DNA of 64,000 bases from an uncultured Chthonomonadaceae bacterium (GTDB lineage Bacteria > Armatimonadota > Chthonomonadetes > Chthonomonadales > Chthonomonadaceae): positions 224,001-288,000 of the forward strand of contig CAWFQB010000004.1 of assembly GCA_963817895.1 (NCBI GenBank), read 5' to 3'. The translations under genes and the position numbers were made by a program. The notes beneath the pieces were generated by a model. The model worked only from the letters and a program-made list of their open reading frames with translations. It did no database searches and had not been told where the DNA came from. Shown here piece by piece: positions 49,065 through 60,072 of the stretch. Numbering within the stretch: the stretch's first letter is position 1; each line of letters begins with the position of its first letter.

Positions 49065-50186
49065 CTACGCAAAATCGCTTGGCCTCATGCCACGCGGGAC
49101 GAAATGGCCCTGAAAGCGGGTGACGGCGTACCGGTCTGTCATGCCGGCGATAAAATCGCAAACGTACACGGCGCGTTCGGGCAGGGGCAGAGCGCACAGG
49201 GATTTGTTGCCGTTCATCAATTCCGGCTGTTCCATGTACAGGCGGAACAGGAAGCGAATGACGTGCTGCGACTTGCGCAAATCCTGATTGCCCGTTGCCG
49301 CGTTCCAGTACACCCGCTCGAACATGAACTCTTTCAGGCGGTCGGTCGCGTCTCCGATGGGCGGCGACATTTCCACGACGGGACGTTCCGCGCTGTAGTT
49401 CACAATATCAATCACCATGTTGGAAATGCGTTCCGAGTGGGAGTGTCCCAACGTTTCCAGTTCCTCGCGAGGCAAGTCCTGCGGCTTGATGACCCCGGCG
49501 CGGAGGGCATCGTCAATGTCATGGTTGATGTAGGCCACCCGGTCGGCAATACGCACGGCCTTGCCTTCCAGCGTTTGCGCCCGCTCCGCCGAAGTGTCCG
49601 CAAGGTCTTTGCGCCCCTTGCTATGGTGAGCAATGCCGTCGCGCACTTCCCACGTCAAGTTTAATCCGCGCTGAACGTGATGGGAAGCGGCGTCTGCATC
49701 CTGTGCAAACGTTTCCCCCGTGCCGTATTCCAGCAGTTCCACGACGCGCAGGCTCTGCTCGTAGTGGCGAAAGCCGGCTTCCGGCACGAACTCGCGCAGG
49801 GCGGCGTCGAGCGCTTCCTCCCCGGCGTGTCCAAACGGGGGATGTCCCAAATCGTGCGCGAGGGCAATGGCTTCGGTCAAGTCTTCGTTCAGGCGCAGGG
49901 CGCGGGCAATGGTTCGGGCGATCTGCGACACTTCCAGCGTGTGCGTCAGGCGCGTGCGGTAATGGTCCTCTTCGGGATCAATGAAGACCTGTGTTTTATG
50001 TTTCAGGCGGCGAAAGGCTTTGGAATGTAAAATCCGGTCGCGGTCGCGCTGAAAGGCCGTGCGGACCGGGTCGGGCGATTCGGGGCGTAACCGTCCCTGC
50101 GAAAGCGCGGATTTCGCCGCCCATTCCGCCAGACTGTTTATTTCCCACTGTTCCTGTCGTTCGCGAGGCGTCTGCATCTGGTTCAT
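49065..50186 (-). CDS. dgt: dGTP triphosphohydrolase-like HD protein
   Basis: FQRDRDRILHS, RTRLTHTLEV, HDLGHPPFGHAGE, DFIAGMTD. Confidence 0.92.
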   Translation of the reverse strand: MNQMQTPRERQEQWEINSLAEWAAKSALSQGRLRPESPDPVRTAFQRDRDRILHSKAFRRLKHKTQVFIDPEEDHYRTRLTHTLEVSQIARTIARALRLNEDLTEAIALAHDLGHPPFGHAGEEALDAALREFVPEAGFRHYEQSLRVVELLEYGTGETFAQDADAASHHVQRGLNLTWEVRDGIAHHSKGRKDLADTSAERAQTLEGKAVRIADRVAYINHDIDDALRAGVIKPQDLPREELETLGHSHSERISNMVIDIVNYSAERPVVEMSPPIGDATDRLKEFMFERVYWNAATGNQDLRKSQHVIRFLFRLYMEQPELMNGNKSLCALPLPERAVYVCDFIAGMTDRYAVTRFQGHFVPRGMRPSDFA

Positions 50187-50214
50187 AGCGCCTCCCGTCG
50201 CGCAAAATGAAGTT

Positions 50215-50463
50215 TCATCCGGCAAGCAATTCCACCCATGTTTCCACTTCAAACAAGCGTTCCAGCAGGTGTTCCAAACGTTCCAGACTGGTAGAGCTTT
50301 GTACAATGCTCAGAACTGTCGCATCCGGCTCACCCAGGCGTTTGCGTCCCAATCTCAGCAGCAATTTACGCGCTTCCTTTATCTCACCTTCGGCGTATCC
50401 TTGCGCGACAATAGCCTGATACGTGACGGAATCTTCCAGCCAGGAGGGGAATGATTTTGACAA
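50215..50463 (-). CDS. Stand-alone Rpn C-terminal (RpnS/DUF4351-like) small protein
   Basis: AAAGGAG SD + TTG; LEDSVTYQ...RLGEPD...LFEVETW paralogous to the upstream gene's tail. Confidence 0.65.
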   Translation of the reverse strand: MSKSFPSWLEDSVTYQAIVAQGYAEGEIKEARKLLLRLGRKRLGEPDATVLSIVQSSTSLERLEHLLERLFEVETWVELLAG

Positions 50464-50498
50464 GGCTCTCGCTCCTTTGAGCAACTCTCCCACTTTTG

Positions 50499-51389
50499 TC
50501 AGGCAAGCAATTCCGACCACGTTTCTACTTCCAACAGGCGTCCGCCTAACTGTTCTAAACGCGCAAGTTCCGTAATCGTATCCAGCGCATTTAGGGTTGC
50601 CGCGTCGGGTTCTCCGAATCGCTTCCGGCCCAAAAGAAGAAGCCAGTTCCGCGCTTCTTCGGCCCGGCCTATGACTTCCCCTTCGGCGCGTCCTTCAACA
50701 CGTCCTTCGGCGCGTCCTTTGGCTTCGCCTTTGGCGATAATATCTTGATACGTGACGGAATCTTCCAAAGCGATCACTCCTTTCAGCAATACGGCTGCTT
50801 CATCTAGCGGGTAACGCACACCCATGAGTAGATACGTTGATGTCCACAAAAAATCTGCTTCGGAAGCCGTTGCTTCCTGCTGAATACGGCTTTCCATACT
50901 CCGAATCACGTCGGGCAGGCGGTCTGCGGCTTCATCGGTGAGCGGGGCCAGTGGCAAGGCTGCCAGCGCGCCGCTCAACAACTCGTCAAGAGACAATTCC
51001 CATACTCGGATGATGCGGTAACGGAACGAGAGCGAACCGTCTGGAGCCGTCGCGTAATCCACCCGGCTTGTCATGCGTGGGCCATCGGCTGAGGGACGCA
51101 TCAGGAAAATCACGCTTTGTACCGGCAGGCCGTATTCGTAGTACACAATAACGTTGTAGCGCAGAGTGCGATCCGGCAGGTCGGGCTTATATCGAGTCTG
51201 AAACTCCATGTGCGCAAGGTAAGGGTTAGCGCTTTTCACGCGCAATACTCTGTCAGCTTCGGTGCTGATAGTCGCAAGGTCCGTGCCGAGTAGTTCGGTT
51301 GGGCCAACGGGAAGACCAGCCAGACGTATAAACGCTTCGGGGTCAGCCTCTACAAGTTCTTTCGTTGTCACATCATACGGTTTCGACAA
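50499..51389 (-). CDS. Rpn-family (RpnC/YadD, PD-(D/E)XK) nuclease/putative transposase
   Basis: KPYD start, ADRVL...HMEFQT, LPLAPL, GRAEG repeats, DUF4351-like tail. Confidence 0.85.
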   Translation of the reverse strand: MSKPYDVTTKELVEADPEAFIRLAGLPVGPTELLGTDLATISTEADRVLRVKSANPYLAHMEFQTRYKPDLPDRTLRYNVIVYYEYGLPVQSVIFLMRPSADGPRMTSRVDYATAPDGSLSFRYRIIRVWELSLDELLSGALAALPLAPLTDEAADRLPDVIRSMESRIQQEATASEADFLWTSTYLLMGVRYPLDEAAVLLKGVIALEDSVTYQDIIAKGEAKGRAEGRVEGRAEGEVIGRAEEARNWLLLLGRKRFGEPDAATLNALDTITELARLEQLGGRLLEVETWSELLA

Positions 51390-51451
51390 GGTTTCAGGTT
51401 TCCTGTTGAGTGGAATTTTCCGCAGCAGCGTGTTTGCAGCAAAACAAGGCG

Positions 51452-52189
51452 TCACAAACCAAAAGTATCGCGTAGATAGCGGCGGCTTGCCTGCATATCG
51501 GCCAGCGGGTCGGCAGACGGGTCTTGTTCCACAACGAGATACTCTAAGTTAGGCAGATGCGGCAACAGGGCAATTTGCGCCGCCAAATCTATGTCGCCCT
51601 GTCCGAGCGGAACCGACTGCGCCCCGTGAAAATCGCGCAGATGCAGAAAGTGAACGCGCTGCCCGTAATTGGCAAGAAATTCTGCCGCGTTTTGGCCTGC
51701 CCGTTCTGCCCAACCCGCATCAAAGCAGAGCGTCACCGCCTCCGGGTCAAGTTCCAAAAGCAGCAAATCCATCGCCGTTTGTTCGCCATCCACTTATGCA
51801 AACTCGAATTCGTGATTGTGGTAATGCAGGCGGATTCCGTGTTCGCGCAAACGACGGCCTTTAGCGTTGAGAAACGCCGCCGTTCGTCGGTAATCGTCTG
51901 CAGTTCGCGCGTTCCATTGCAGCGGGCCGGAACTGCAAACATGGCGGGCGGCAACTTCCTGAAGAAAATCAAGCAGGGGTTCCAGCGGTTCAAGGTTCTG
52001 CGGGGTTAGATGAGTCGCGCCATAAGCGATTCCGGCGGTTTGCAGCGTTGCGGCCTCGTGGGGCGCTTTGCCCATCATCCCCTCGACCGACTCGTACCCC
52101 GCTTCCGCCAACCCGCGCAGCAAGTCGGCAATTTGCCCATCCAGATCAGGCGTTTGAGTGAAAATCCACAACTGCGCTGCAATAACCAT
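51452..52189 (-). pseudogene. Sugar phosphate isomerase/epimerase (IolE-like) with in-frame TAA at 51794-51796
   Basis: YHNHEFEF, FDAGW, HLRD, LGQGDID, VEQD; both halves in the same frame. Confidence 0.75.
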
Positions 52190-52584
52190 TTTCCTGCCTT
52201 TAATATGTGTTCATTGTGGCAATAGCATACCACAGCAGGCCAAACTTCTTCAATGTTCGTTAGGGCGCGTTGCAAACTTAAGGCGCTCACATTGGCGCGG
52301 GTTGCCAGGGATTGAAAATCCCTGTCTGGAAAAAGCAAGCGTCCTGCGGACGCGCCTCTCTATGCAGATTCCCGCGTCTGAAAGACGCTTGCACTTTCCT
52401 GCCGGGTATTTTCAATCCCCGGCGCAGACAATGCCTTAAATTCGCAGCGCACACTGTTCGTTACAAGATGGAAAAGATGAAAACCTGAAAATAACTGCCC
52501 CGGCTTTGCCGTTTATTGCTTCGGGCGGGTAGTAATTGAGTAAAACTCGCCGTGTCCTCATTATCTACTGGGAGACAACCAACC

Positions 52585-53427
52585 ATGATTGAAACTGCCA
52601 TACCCGCCGAACACACGCAGACTATTTTTGCCTTTATCAAACAAGGCGACACAGAAAGCATTGCCCGACTGCTGGACGCCGATGCGATGCTGGTTCATGC
52701 GCGACACGCCGACCCGAATCTGCATCACTGGACAACCCTGCAATTCGCCGCTTCGGAGGGGCAACTCGCCGCCTGTCGGTTGTTAGTCGAGCGCGGCGCG
52801 GAAGTCTACACGAACCCGATGAGTACGTACCCGCCTGTGATTCAGGCGGCATGGAAAAACCATCAGGACGTGGTAGATTATTTCCTCAAGGAGATACCGG
52901 ATAAGGCGGAGGGGACAAACGGGCTGGGCGTAGCGATCAACCTTGCAGGGCGGGAAGGGTGGATCGAGATTGTGCGCAGGCATATCGAGGCCGATCCTCT
53001 TAGCGTTCATCAGCGCGGCTGGATTGGCGACACGCCGCTGCATTGGCCGGCCCACAACGGCTACATTGCAATCGTCCGCCTGCTCCTGGAACACGGGGCC
53101 GACTCGACCGCCCATGAAATCAACTGGATGGGCGGAACGCCGCTGCACTGGGCCAGCGAACGGCATCCCCACATCGCGCAACTGCTCATAGACGCCGGGG
53201 CGGATGTGAACGCCCGCGTGGTTCGTCCCGGTTCGGATCATCTGGGCGGAACCCCGCTGCACTGGTGCGCCCGCCAGAAAGACGACTGCGCCGAAGTCAT
53301 CGCCGTCCTGCTCAAAAACGGCGGCGACCCAACCTTGACCGACGCTTTCGGCAAGACAGCCCTCCAATACGCCCAAGCCGCCGGACACGCCCGCGTTGCC
53401 GAAGCCCTCCGCTCGAATGCCGCATAA
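52585..53427 (+). CDS. Ankyrin-repeat protein
   Basis: Repeated GxTPLHW...LLxxGAD units. Confidence 0.9.
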   Translation: MIETAIPAEHTQTIFAFIKQGDTESIARLLDADAMLVHARHADPNLHHWTTLQFAASEGQLAACRLLVERGAEVYTNPMSTYPPVIQAAWKNHQDVVDYFLKEIPDKAEGTNGLGVAINLAGREGWIEIVRRHIEADPLSVHQRGWIGDTPLHWPAHNGYIAIVRLLLEHGADSTAHEINWMGGTPLHWASERHPHIAQLLIDAGADVNARVVRPGSDHLGGTPLHWCARQKDDCAEVIAVLLKNGGDPTLTDAFGKTALQYAQAAGHARVAEALRSNAA

Positions 53428-53682
53428 AGCGAACCGCAAGTTTATGGAGATAGAAGCGGACGAATATTGAAAACAATCGCGTGTATAAATGTCAGCACAT
53501 TGAGGTATAATATACATGCGAATCATTGTTGCATGGGGCAACTTTTAAGGTGAAGCTATTGATGCTAACAAGACTGCATGTGCTGCATTTACATCAATGT
53601 ATATTTCGTCAATAATTTGTGACTGAACACTATAACTTCGGCAAGCATGTTAAAGCTTGCCACGGCCATGAGGAGGGAATAA

Positions 53683-53964
53683 TTGTCAACTTTTGAAGAA
53701 TTTCTGGCTCTAACACCTGCACGGCAGGAACAAACGCTCAATAAGATACGCTTCAGATTCGCAAAAGAATACCAAGCTACTGCAAAGCCTGCAAGTCCAC
53801 CTATTGAAGCTGTAGCTGAAGCAGTTACAACAGTAAAACGGTTGAAAGCAACGTATGTGCGCTCTAACGCCATCACTAAATTAGCGCAAATCAAAAATCT
53901 TGAAGAAGCTAGATTTAGAGAGATTAAAGCGTTGCTAAACTGGGTTGATACGATCAGTCCGTGA
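53683..53964 (+). CDS. Hypothetical AT-rich protein
   Basis: GAGGAGGG SD before TTG; 93 aa. Confidence 0.5.
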   Translation: MSTFEEFLALTPARQEQTLNKIRFRFAKEYQATAKPASPPIEAVAEAVTTVKRLKATYVRSNAITKLAQIKNLEEARFREIKALLNWVDTISP

Positions 53965-54016
53965 GCAACGACAAACTATGCCCTCATACAAACGCATTCA
54001 ATGGATCGGCTTCTAA

Positions 54017-54056
54017 CTAATGCGCCCCGGATCAGTAATGATCCGGGGCGCATTAG
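54017..54056. repeat. Perfect 18-bp inverted repeat between convergent genes
   Basis: CTAATGCGCCCCGGATCA-GTAA-TGATCCGGGGCGCATTAG. Confidence 0.9.
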
Positions 54057-54154
54057 GATTGGAAAATAAAATGTTTTCCAACATATTGTTTTGACGCTTC
54101 AATTTAACTTCAAGAGTAGAGAACAAGATTAAGTAGCAACCACCGGTAGGATAA

Positions 54155-54712
54155 TTACTCAGCATCTTTGGGAGCGTGGTGTTTAGGATTGAGGATTTCC
54201 CATGTTGGATTAAGTTTGTTAGCGTCAAGCTGCTTTTCACTAAAAAAGTATTTCATTGCACGAATGAGGCCCCAACCTATACCAGTTCCCGCAATGGGAA
54301 GTGCTGCCGCTACTGTAATTCCGGCAACCATACCTCCCCCGACAAGAGCGCCGAGAGCGGCTAATCCAGAAGATATACCCGCAGCAGAAAGCCCTGCAAC
54401 AGAACCCATTAGGCTAACTGCTGCCGTAACTGAGCCAAAGCCGACAACTCCTCCTCCCACAGTACCTATCTTCTCTGAGAGTTGCTTACGTTCAGCATGA
54501 GTTAGTTTAGAGTAACGGACAAAACCTAACTCGATCAAAACCGCACACTGTTTAAGCATCTCATCGGACGGTAATGTATAACCAACGAGAAGGCGGAGGA
54601 TTGTAGACTCAGAGCATGTTAGTGCTTTTGCAATGCGGCGGTAGGCAAGATTTTCCTTCTCCATAAATGCAGCCATTACTAATGCAAAGTTGTCACGGCT
54701 CATTGATTCCAT
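54155..54712 (-). CDS. HTH-like N-terminus fused to Gly/Ala-rich membrane helices
   Basis: 'LAYRRIAKALTCSESTILRL' followed by GxxxG-rich hydrophobic segments; GGAG SD. Confidence 0.65.
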   Translation of the reverse strand: MESMSRDNFALVMAAFMEKENLAYRRIAKALTCSESTILRLLVGYTLPSDEMLKQCAVLIELGFVRYSKLTHAERKQLSEKIGTVGGGVVGFGSVTAAVSLMGSVAGLSAAGISSGLAALGALVGGGMVAGITVAAALPIAGTGIGWGLIRAMKYFFSEKQLDANKLNPTWEILNPKHHAPKDAE

Positions 54713-54924
54713 TATGTTTTCTCCAAGTTGGCAAGGTCAGAGTGCCAAAGGTAGCTAGCTGATCTCTATAAGGGCCAGCAGGATGAGGCGAACACTACAT
54801 GTTTATCTCTCACCTATAATTTATCCTGCTGGAAAAAGTGAAATATTGTACTTTTTCCAAAAATTTCACATGACGGCGACGGTGAATAACTTCCACATTT
54901 TACATAGGGTAAATCAATGTTGAA

Positions 54925-54985
54925 TCAGGCAAGCAGTTCCGACCATATTTCCACTTCCAGCAATCGTTCGCCTACCTGTCCTAAA
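54925..54985 (-). pseudogene. Remnant of an Rpn C-terminal tail
   Basis: Reads LGQVGERLLEVEIWSELLA*, matching LEQLGGRLLEVETWSELLA* at 50499. Confidence 0.7.
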
Positions 54986-55274
54986 CAACAGCATAGTCCA
55001 CCAAACCAGCAAAAAATTCAGAAAAAAAGAGCCGCACAACGCAAAAAACACGAAACCTTCGCTCGACTCCACATGTCAAATGCAGTACACAAAAATCTAC
55101 ATATCCGGCAGGTACTATACAGAAGCCAGACACACAGGAGGGGAGGTGCAAGAAGATGCCTGTCCACTCCCGTGCGCCCTGACGCTCACGAGGTCACGAC
55201 GCCTCTACCTAAAAACTTGACACAACGAGACAGAGTGCTGAAAGCGCTGCATTGCCAATATTTCGACAACGTCT

Positions 55275-58200
55275 CTACATACTCTCCTTCTTTTGCCTGC
55301 GTCGGAACGTGACGTACAGCAGAGGGACGAAAAACAGCGTAAATAGGGTGGAGAAACTCAGGCCGCCGATGACGGCGACGGCGAGCGGTTTCTGCATTTC
55401 CGCGCCTGCGCCCAAGCCGAGCGCGAGGGGAACGAGGCCGAGAATGGCCGTTAAGGTTGTCATCAGAATGGGGCGAAGGCGGACTTCAGCGGCGTGGACG
55501 ACCGCTTCTTCCAGTCCCATGCCGTTCTGTTCGCCCTTTTGCGCCTGATCCAGCAGCAGAATTCCGTTCTTTACCACGATGCCGACCAGCATGATCGCGC
55601 CCATGAACGAACTGACGTTGAGCGCGGTATGTGTTGTCCACAATCCGAGCGTGACGCCGAACAGGGACAGAGGCATGACGAGCAGAATCACGAGCGGCGC
55701 GGTGAAGTTGCGGAACTGGAACAGCATCACGGCGAACACGAGCAGAATCGCCAATGCCAGCACTTGCATCAGGTTGCGGAACGATTCGGTCTGGCTTTGC
55801 GCCTGCCCTGCCAGCAGGTACGTGACGCCGGCCGGAAGCGTGGTTTGTTTCATCAGCGCGGACACGTCTTTGCATCGCGCTGCCCAGATCGCGGTTTTCC
55901 AGATCGCCCCGATACGGATACCACGCGCCGCTGATCTTCGCGGTTGATTTCCGTTGTGCCGGGAACGGTTTCGATCTGCCCAAGCGAAATCAGGGGCAGA
56001 TTGAAACCGCCGGGTGTGCGAATCGGCAACAGGGCCATTTGCGTTTTGTCCGCGCGGAACGCGAGGGGATAGCGAACCCGAACGCCGATCTGCCGGTCGC
56101 CTTGCAGCAATTGCGTGACCGTATCGCCGAACATCGCCGCGTTCGCCTGATCCGCAACCGCGTTCGTCGTCAGGCCAACCCGCCCCGCTTTCAAAGGATC
56201 AATGCGCGTTACCAGTTCCGGCCCGGTTTCCACCACGCCGGATTTCACGTCCACCATGCCCTTCACTTTGCCCAGTTTGTCGGCAAGGCTTTTGGCAATC
56301 GCCATCAACTTTGCCTGGTCTTCCCCGAACAGTTTGATTTCGATCGGACTCGGCGCGCCGGACAGGTCGCCAATCAAGTCCTGCAAGATTTGAATGAAAT
56401 CCACGTCAATGCCCGCCACATCCGACTTGATCTTGCCCCGCACGTCGTCAATCACGGCATCAATGCTCTTTTTGCGATCCGCTTTCAGCACCACCGCAAA
56501 GTCGCCGGTATTCTGCTCGTGTATTTCAAAGCCCAATCCCGCTCCCGTGCGCCGAGAATAGCCGGACACTTCGGGCGTCTCGTGGAGAATGGTTTCGATC
56601 TGCTTCAGCACACGGTCGCTCTCCGCCAGACTCGTGCCGGGTGGCAGCACATAATCCAGCACGAACGCGCCCTCATCCATTTCCGGCATAAGCCCGGTTT
56701 GCAGATGCCCGCCCATCCAGACCGTCGCGCCGATAATGGCAATCGCGCCAATCGGCAGCAGCCACTTGTGATGCAGGGTGAAGCGCAGCGCTTTTTCGTA
56801 AACGCGCAAAAACCGCTCGAACAGACGGCCATGTTCCTGCGCCCCCGCCCGAGTCTTCAGAAACGCCGCGCACAGGGTAGGACTGACAAGCAGGGCAAGC
56901 GCAAGCGAGACAAGCAGCGCAATCGTGAGAGTGACGGCAAGGGCGGTGAAAAACGCGCCGTACACGCCCGCCACAAGCACAAGCGGCAGAAACACGACAA
57001 CCGTTGTCAGCGTGGAAGAGATCATCGGCACGGCGATCTCCTGCGCCGCCAGTTGAACCGCGTCCTCCCGGCTTGTTCCCGCCGCCAGATGCCGAAACAC
57101 GTTCTCCACTACCACAATCGCGTCGTCAATCACCAATCCGATACCAACCGCTAACGCTCCCAGTGTCATTAAATTCAGCGTCAGCCCGGACAGCCGCATC
57201 AGCAGAAACGTGATGAGAACCGTTGCCGGGATAATGGCGGCGGTGACAAGGGTTGCCCGCAAATCGCCCAAAAACAGCAGCAGCACCACGACCGCCAGAA
57301 CCGCGCCGATGAGAACCGCGTCACGGACACTGTTGATAGCGTCGTGAATCAACACGGACTGGTCATAAAACGTGCCAACCTGTGTACCCGAAGGGAGCGT
57401 TTTGCGCAGGCCGTTGATCTCCTGCCGAACCCCCTCGACAACCGTCACCGTATTGGCATCCGGCTGCCGCGAAATGTTGAGCAGAACGCTCTCCGCGCCG
57501 TCCGCCGTGATAACCGTTGTCGGGTCCTGCGTGGAGGGCGCAACCGTCGCCACCATATCTATGGTAATGGGAACGCCGCCCCGCTGCGTGATAACGATTT
57601 TATTGAGTTGGCTGGCATCTGTGATTTCGCCGGAAACGAGCGCCTGATACTGCTGATATTGCCGGTTGAGGACGCCGACGGAACGCACGACATTGGACTG
57701 CTGCAGCGCCTGTTCCACATCCAGCAGCGAAAGTTTATATGCGGCCAGTTTCTGCGGGTTGACCTGTACGGCCATTTCGGGGATGCGCCCGCCCTGCACA
57801 TTGACACGGGCCACGCCGGGTACGCGGGTCAATACAGGCTTGAGCGTGTACGTGGCGAAATTCCACAATTCGGTTTGCGACAGATGATTGGAACGCAGCG
57901 ACAGCCCCATAATCGGGAACACGGTCGGGTTCATGCGCTCGACGCGAACCTGCGTTTCCGGCGGCAGTTGCGAACGTACCTCATCCACTTTGCCGTTAAT
58001 AAGCTGCTGCGCGGTCAGCATGTCCGTTCCCCACGCCATGTCAACCGACATTTCGCTTGTGCCGCGCGTCGTATTGGAACGCAGGCGGGCCACGTTGGGA
58101 ACTGTAGAAATCGCCTCTTCCAGCGGGCGCGTGATACCGGCAACCATCATGCGGGCAGGCCGCTCGCCCGCATCCGCAATCAGCTTGACGCGGGGAAACG

Positions 58201-58321
58201 TCACATCGGGCAGAATGGAAACGGGAAACGAGCCGAGCAGCATCACGCCGATCAAGCACAAAACAACCGTGACAAACAGCACGGCCTTGATGTTATTGGT
58301 GGCGAAGCGGCTGAGGTTCAC
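55275..58321 (-). CDS. RND efflux permease (AcrB/CusA family), frameshifted near 55870-55915
   Basis: IGLVIDDAIVVVEN; RLRPILMTT in the distal ORF. Confidence 0.9.
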
Positions 58322-60072
58322 GGCTTGCCTCCTTTTGCGTCTGCCCCTGCGCTTTTGTCATCCGCTTTATCAGCGCTTTTACCCTTGTCATTGGCATCGC
58401 TCTTGTCCGCGCTTTTCTCGTCCGCTTTGTCCTCGGACTTTTTGCTTGCTGCGTCGGTTTTGTCGTCACCGCCCGTTTCCGCCGCTTTGGTTTTCGCGCC
58501 GTCCGTGAGTTCATAGTTGCCGACGCTGACGACCGGCTGACCGGCTTGCAGTCCACTGAGCAGGGCGACCATTTTGCCTCCGTTCACTTCGGGGCCAAGC
58601 GTGACCACATGAGCCTTTGCCGTGTCGTCTTTGGCAACCGTGTAAACAGTGGGCTTGCCGTCCTGCGTGACAACCGCGCTTTTGGGAACCACAATAGCGC
58701 GACTAATGCGGCGGAGGACAATATCCGCAGTGGCGAACGCGCCCACGCGCAGGCTACCGGGATTGGCGACCTCGATGCGAATGGATAACAAATTGGTTTG
58801 CGGGTCCACCTGCCCCACATTGAGAACGCGCCCCGCGAATGTTTTGCCGGGAACATCGGATGTAGCGACATGTGCCTCCATCCCCGCCTTCACCTTCAAG
58901 CCGTCCTCGGCAGGCAGATTGGCGACAAGATTCAGGCCGCGCGTGTTGGATATTTCTAAAATAGGCGTGGTCACATCCGCCATATCGCCCGCGTTGGCAT
59001 TGCGTTTGGTGATCGTGCCGTCAATGGGCGCGCGGATTTCGGCGTAACTGGCAGTTGCCTGCGCCGCCGCGTAATCGGCCTGCTTCTGGTTCACCATGTC
59101 CTGCATGGCCTGCGCGTCCGACTGCTTTACGCTCACGTTCAGGCGACTGCGCTCGGCCTGCTGCAAGGCGGCGCGCGCCTGCAAAATTCTGGCATCCCCA
59201 CTCTTTTGCGCCTGAACCAGCGCGTCACGGGCGGCGTCTACCCGTAATTGCGCGGCGCGTAGCTCTTCCGGTCGCGCTCCTGCCCGCACCAGACTGGACG
59301 CCTGCTGCGCGCTTGTCAGCCCGGAATTGGCGACGGCAAGCGCGGTTTGCGCGTCATCCAGTTGCCGTTTTGCCGAGATTCCCTTATCGAAGAGAAACTG
59401 TACCCGCGTCAATTCCGTTTGCGCCCGGTCACGGGTGGCCTGCGCCTGCGCAATCGTCTGCTCGGCCTGCGCGATTTCCTGCGGACGCGCCCCCGCCCGC
59501 GTTCGCGCCAGATCGGTTTGCGCCGATTCCAGCGCGTTTTGCGCCTGCCGAACGGTTGCTTCCCGGTCTAAATTGGCGGATTCCAGCGCAAGCCGCGCCG
59601 TTCGTACCGAGCCGGTTTGATCCACCTGCGCCGCGCCCGCCGCCAACCGCGCCGAACGCGCCTGCGCTGCCGAAGCGATGAGAGCGGCCTGTGCGCTCCG
59701 CGCCTGCGCCTGTTGTGGCCGGTTATCCACAACCGCCAATTTTTGCCCCATCGTCACATGCTGGCCTTCGCTGGCATACACCCCAAGCAGCCTTCCGGCA
59801 ACGGGGGCGGTCACGCGAACATTCGCGCCCTGTCCCGGCGAAAGCGTCCCCTGCGCTCCAACCGTGATTTCCACCGCTTGCACCGTAGGCGTCGCCATTT
59901 CAACCGTGACAGGCGCGGCGGTTTCGGCCTCCCCGCCCGCCGCTTCGCCACCCGCTGCCGCGTCTTTCTTGCCGCACCCGCTCAATACACAACCGCAGAG
60001 GACGCAGAAAAAAAGGAACCGCAAAGGACGCGAGGGAAGCAAAGTAGAGTTAAAAGAATTATATAAAATCAT
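58318..60072 (-). CDS. RND periplasmic adaptor (MFP) lipoprotein
   Basis: LSGC lipobox, APVAG/APIDG lipoyl halves, long coiled coil. Confidence 0.9.
   Translation of the reverse strand: MILYNSFNSTLLPSRPLRFLFFCVLCGCVLSGCGKKDAAAGGEAAGGEAETAAPVTVEMATPTVQAVEITVGAQGTLSPGQGANVRVTAPVAGRLLGVYASEGQHVTMGQKLAVVDNRPQQAQARSAQAALIASAAQARSARLAAGAAQVDQTGSVRTARLALESANLDREATVRQAQNALESAQTDLARTRAGARPQEIAQAEQTIAQAQATRDRAQTELTRVQFLFDKGISAKRQLDDAQTALAVANSGLTSAQQASSLVRAGARPEELRAAQLRVDAARDALVQAQKSGDARILQARAALQQAERSRLNVSVKQSDAQAMQDMVNQKQADYAAAQATASYAEIRAPIDGTITKRNANAGDMADVTTPILEISNTRGLNLVANLPAEDGLKVKAGMEAHVATSDVPGKTFAGRVLNVGQVDPQTNLLSIRIEVANPGSLRVGAFATADIVLRRISRAIVVPKSAVVTQDGKPTVYTVAKDDTAKAHVVTLGPEVNGGKMVALLSGLQAGQPVVSVGNYELTDGAKTKAAETGGDDKTDAASKKSEDKADEKSADKSDANDKGKSADKADDKSAGADAKGGKP

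Noticed and set aside
51794..51796. Stop-codon read-through or recoding in the isomerase gene
   Set aside because: A single TAA with no suppressor tRNA in the window; nonsense mutation or base-call error is more likely
10711..58321. Frameshifts in the amidohydrolases, GH42, TolC, the Gly-rich protein and the RND permease as programmed frameshifting or mass pseudogenisation
   Set aside because: They are isolated indels in unrelated, otherwise intact genes with no obvious slippery sites; assembly error is more parsimonious (needs reads)
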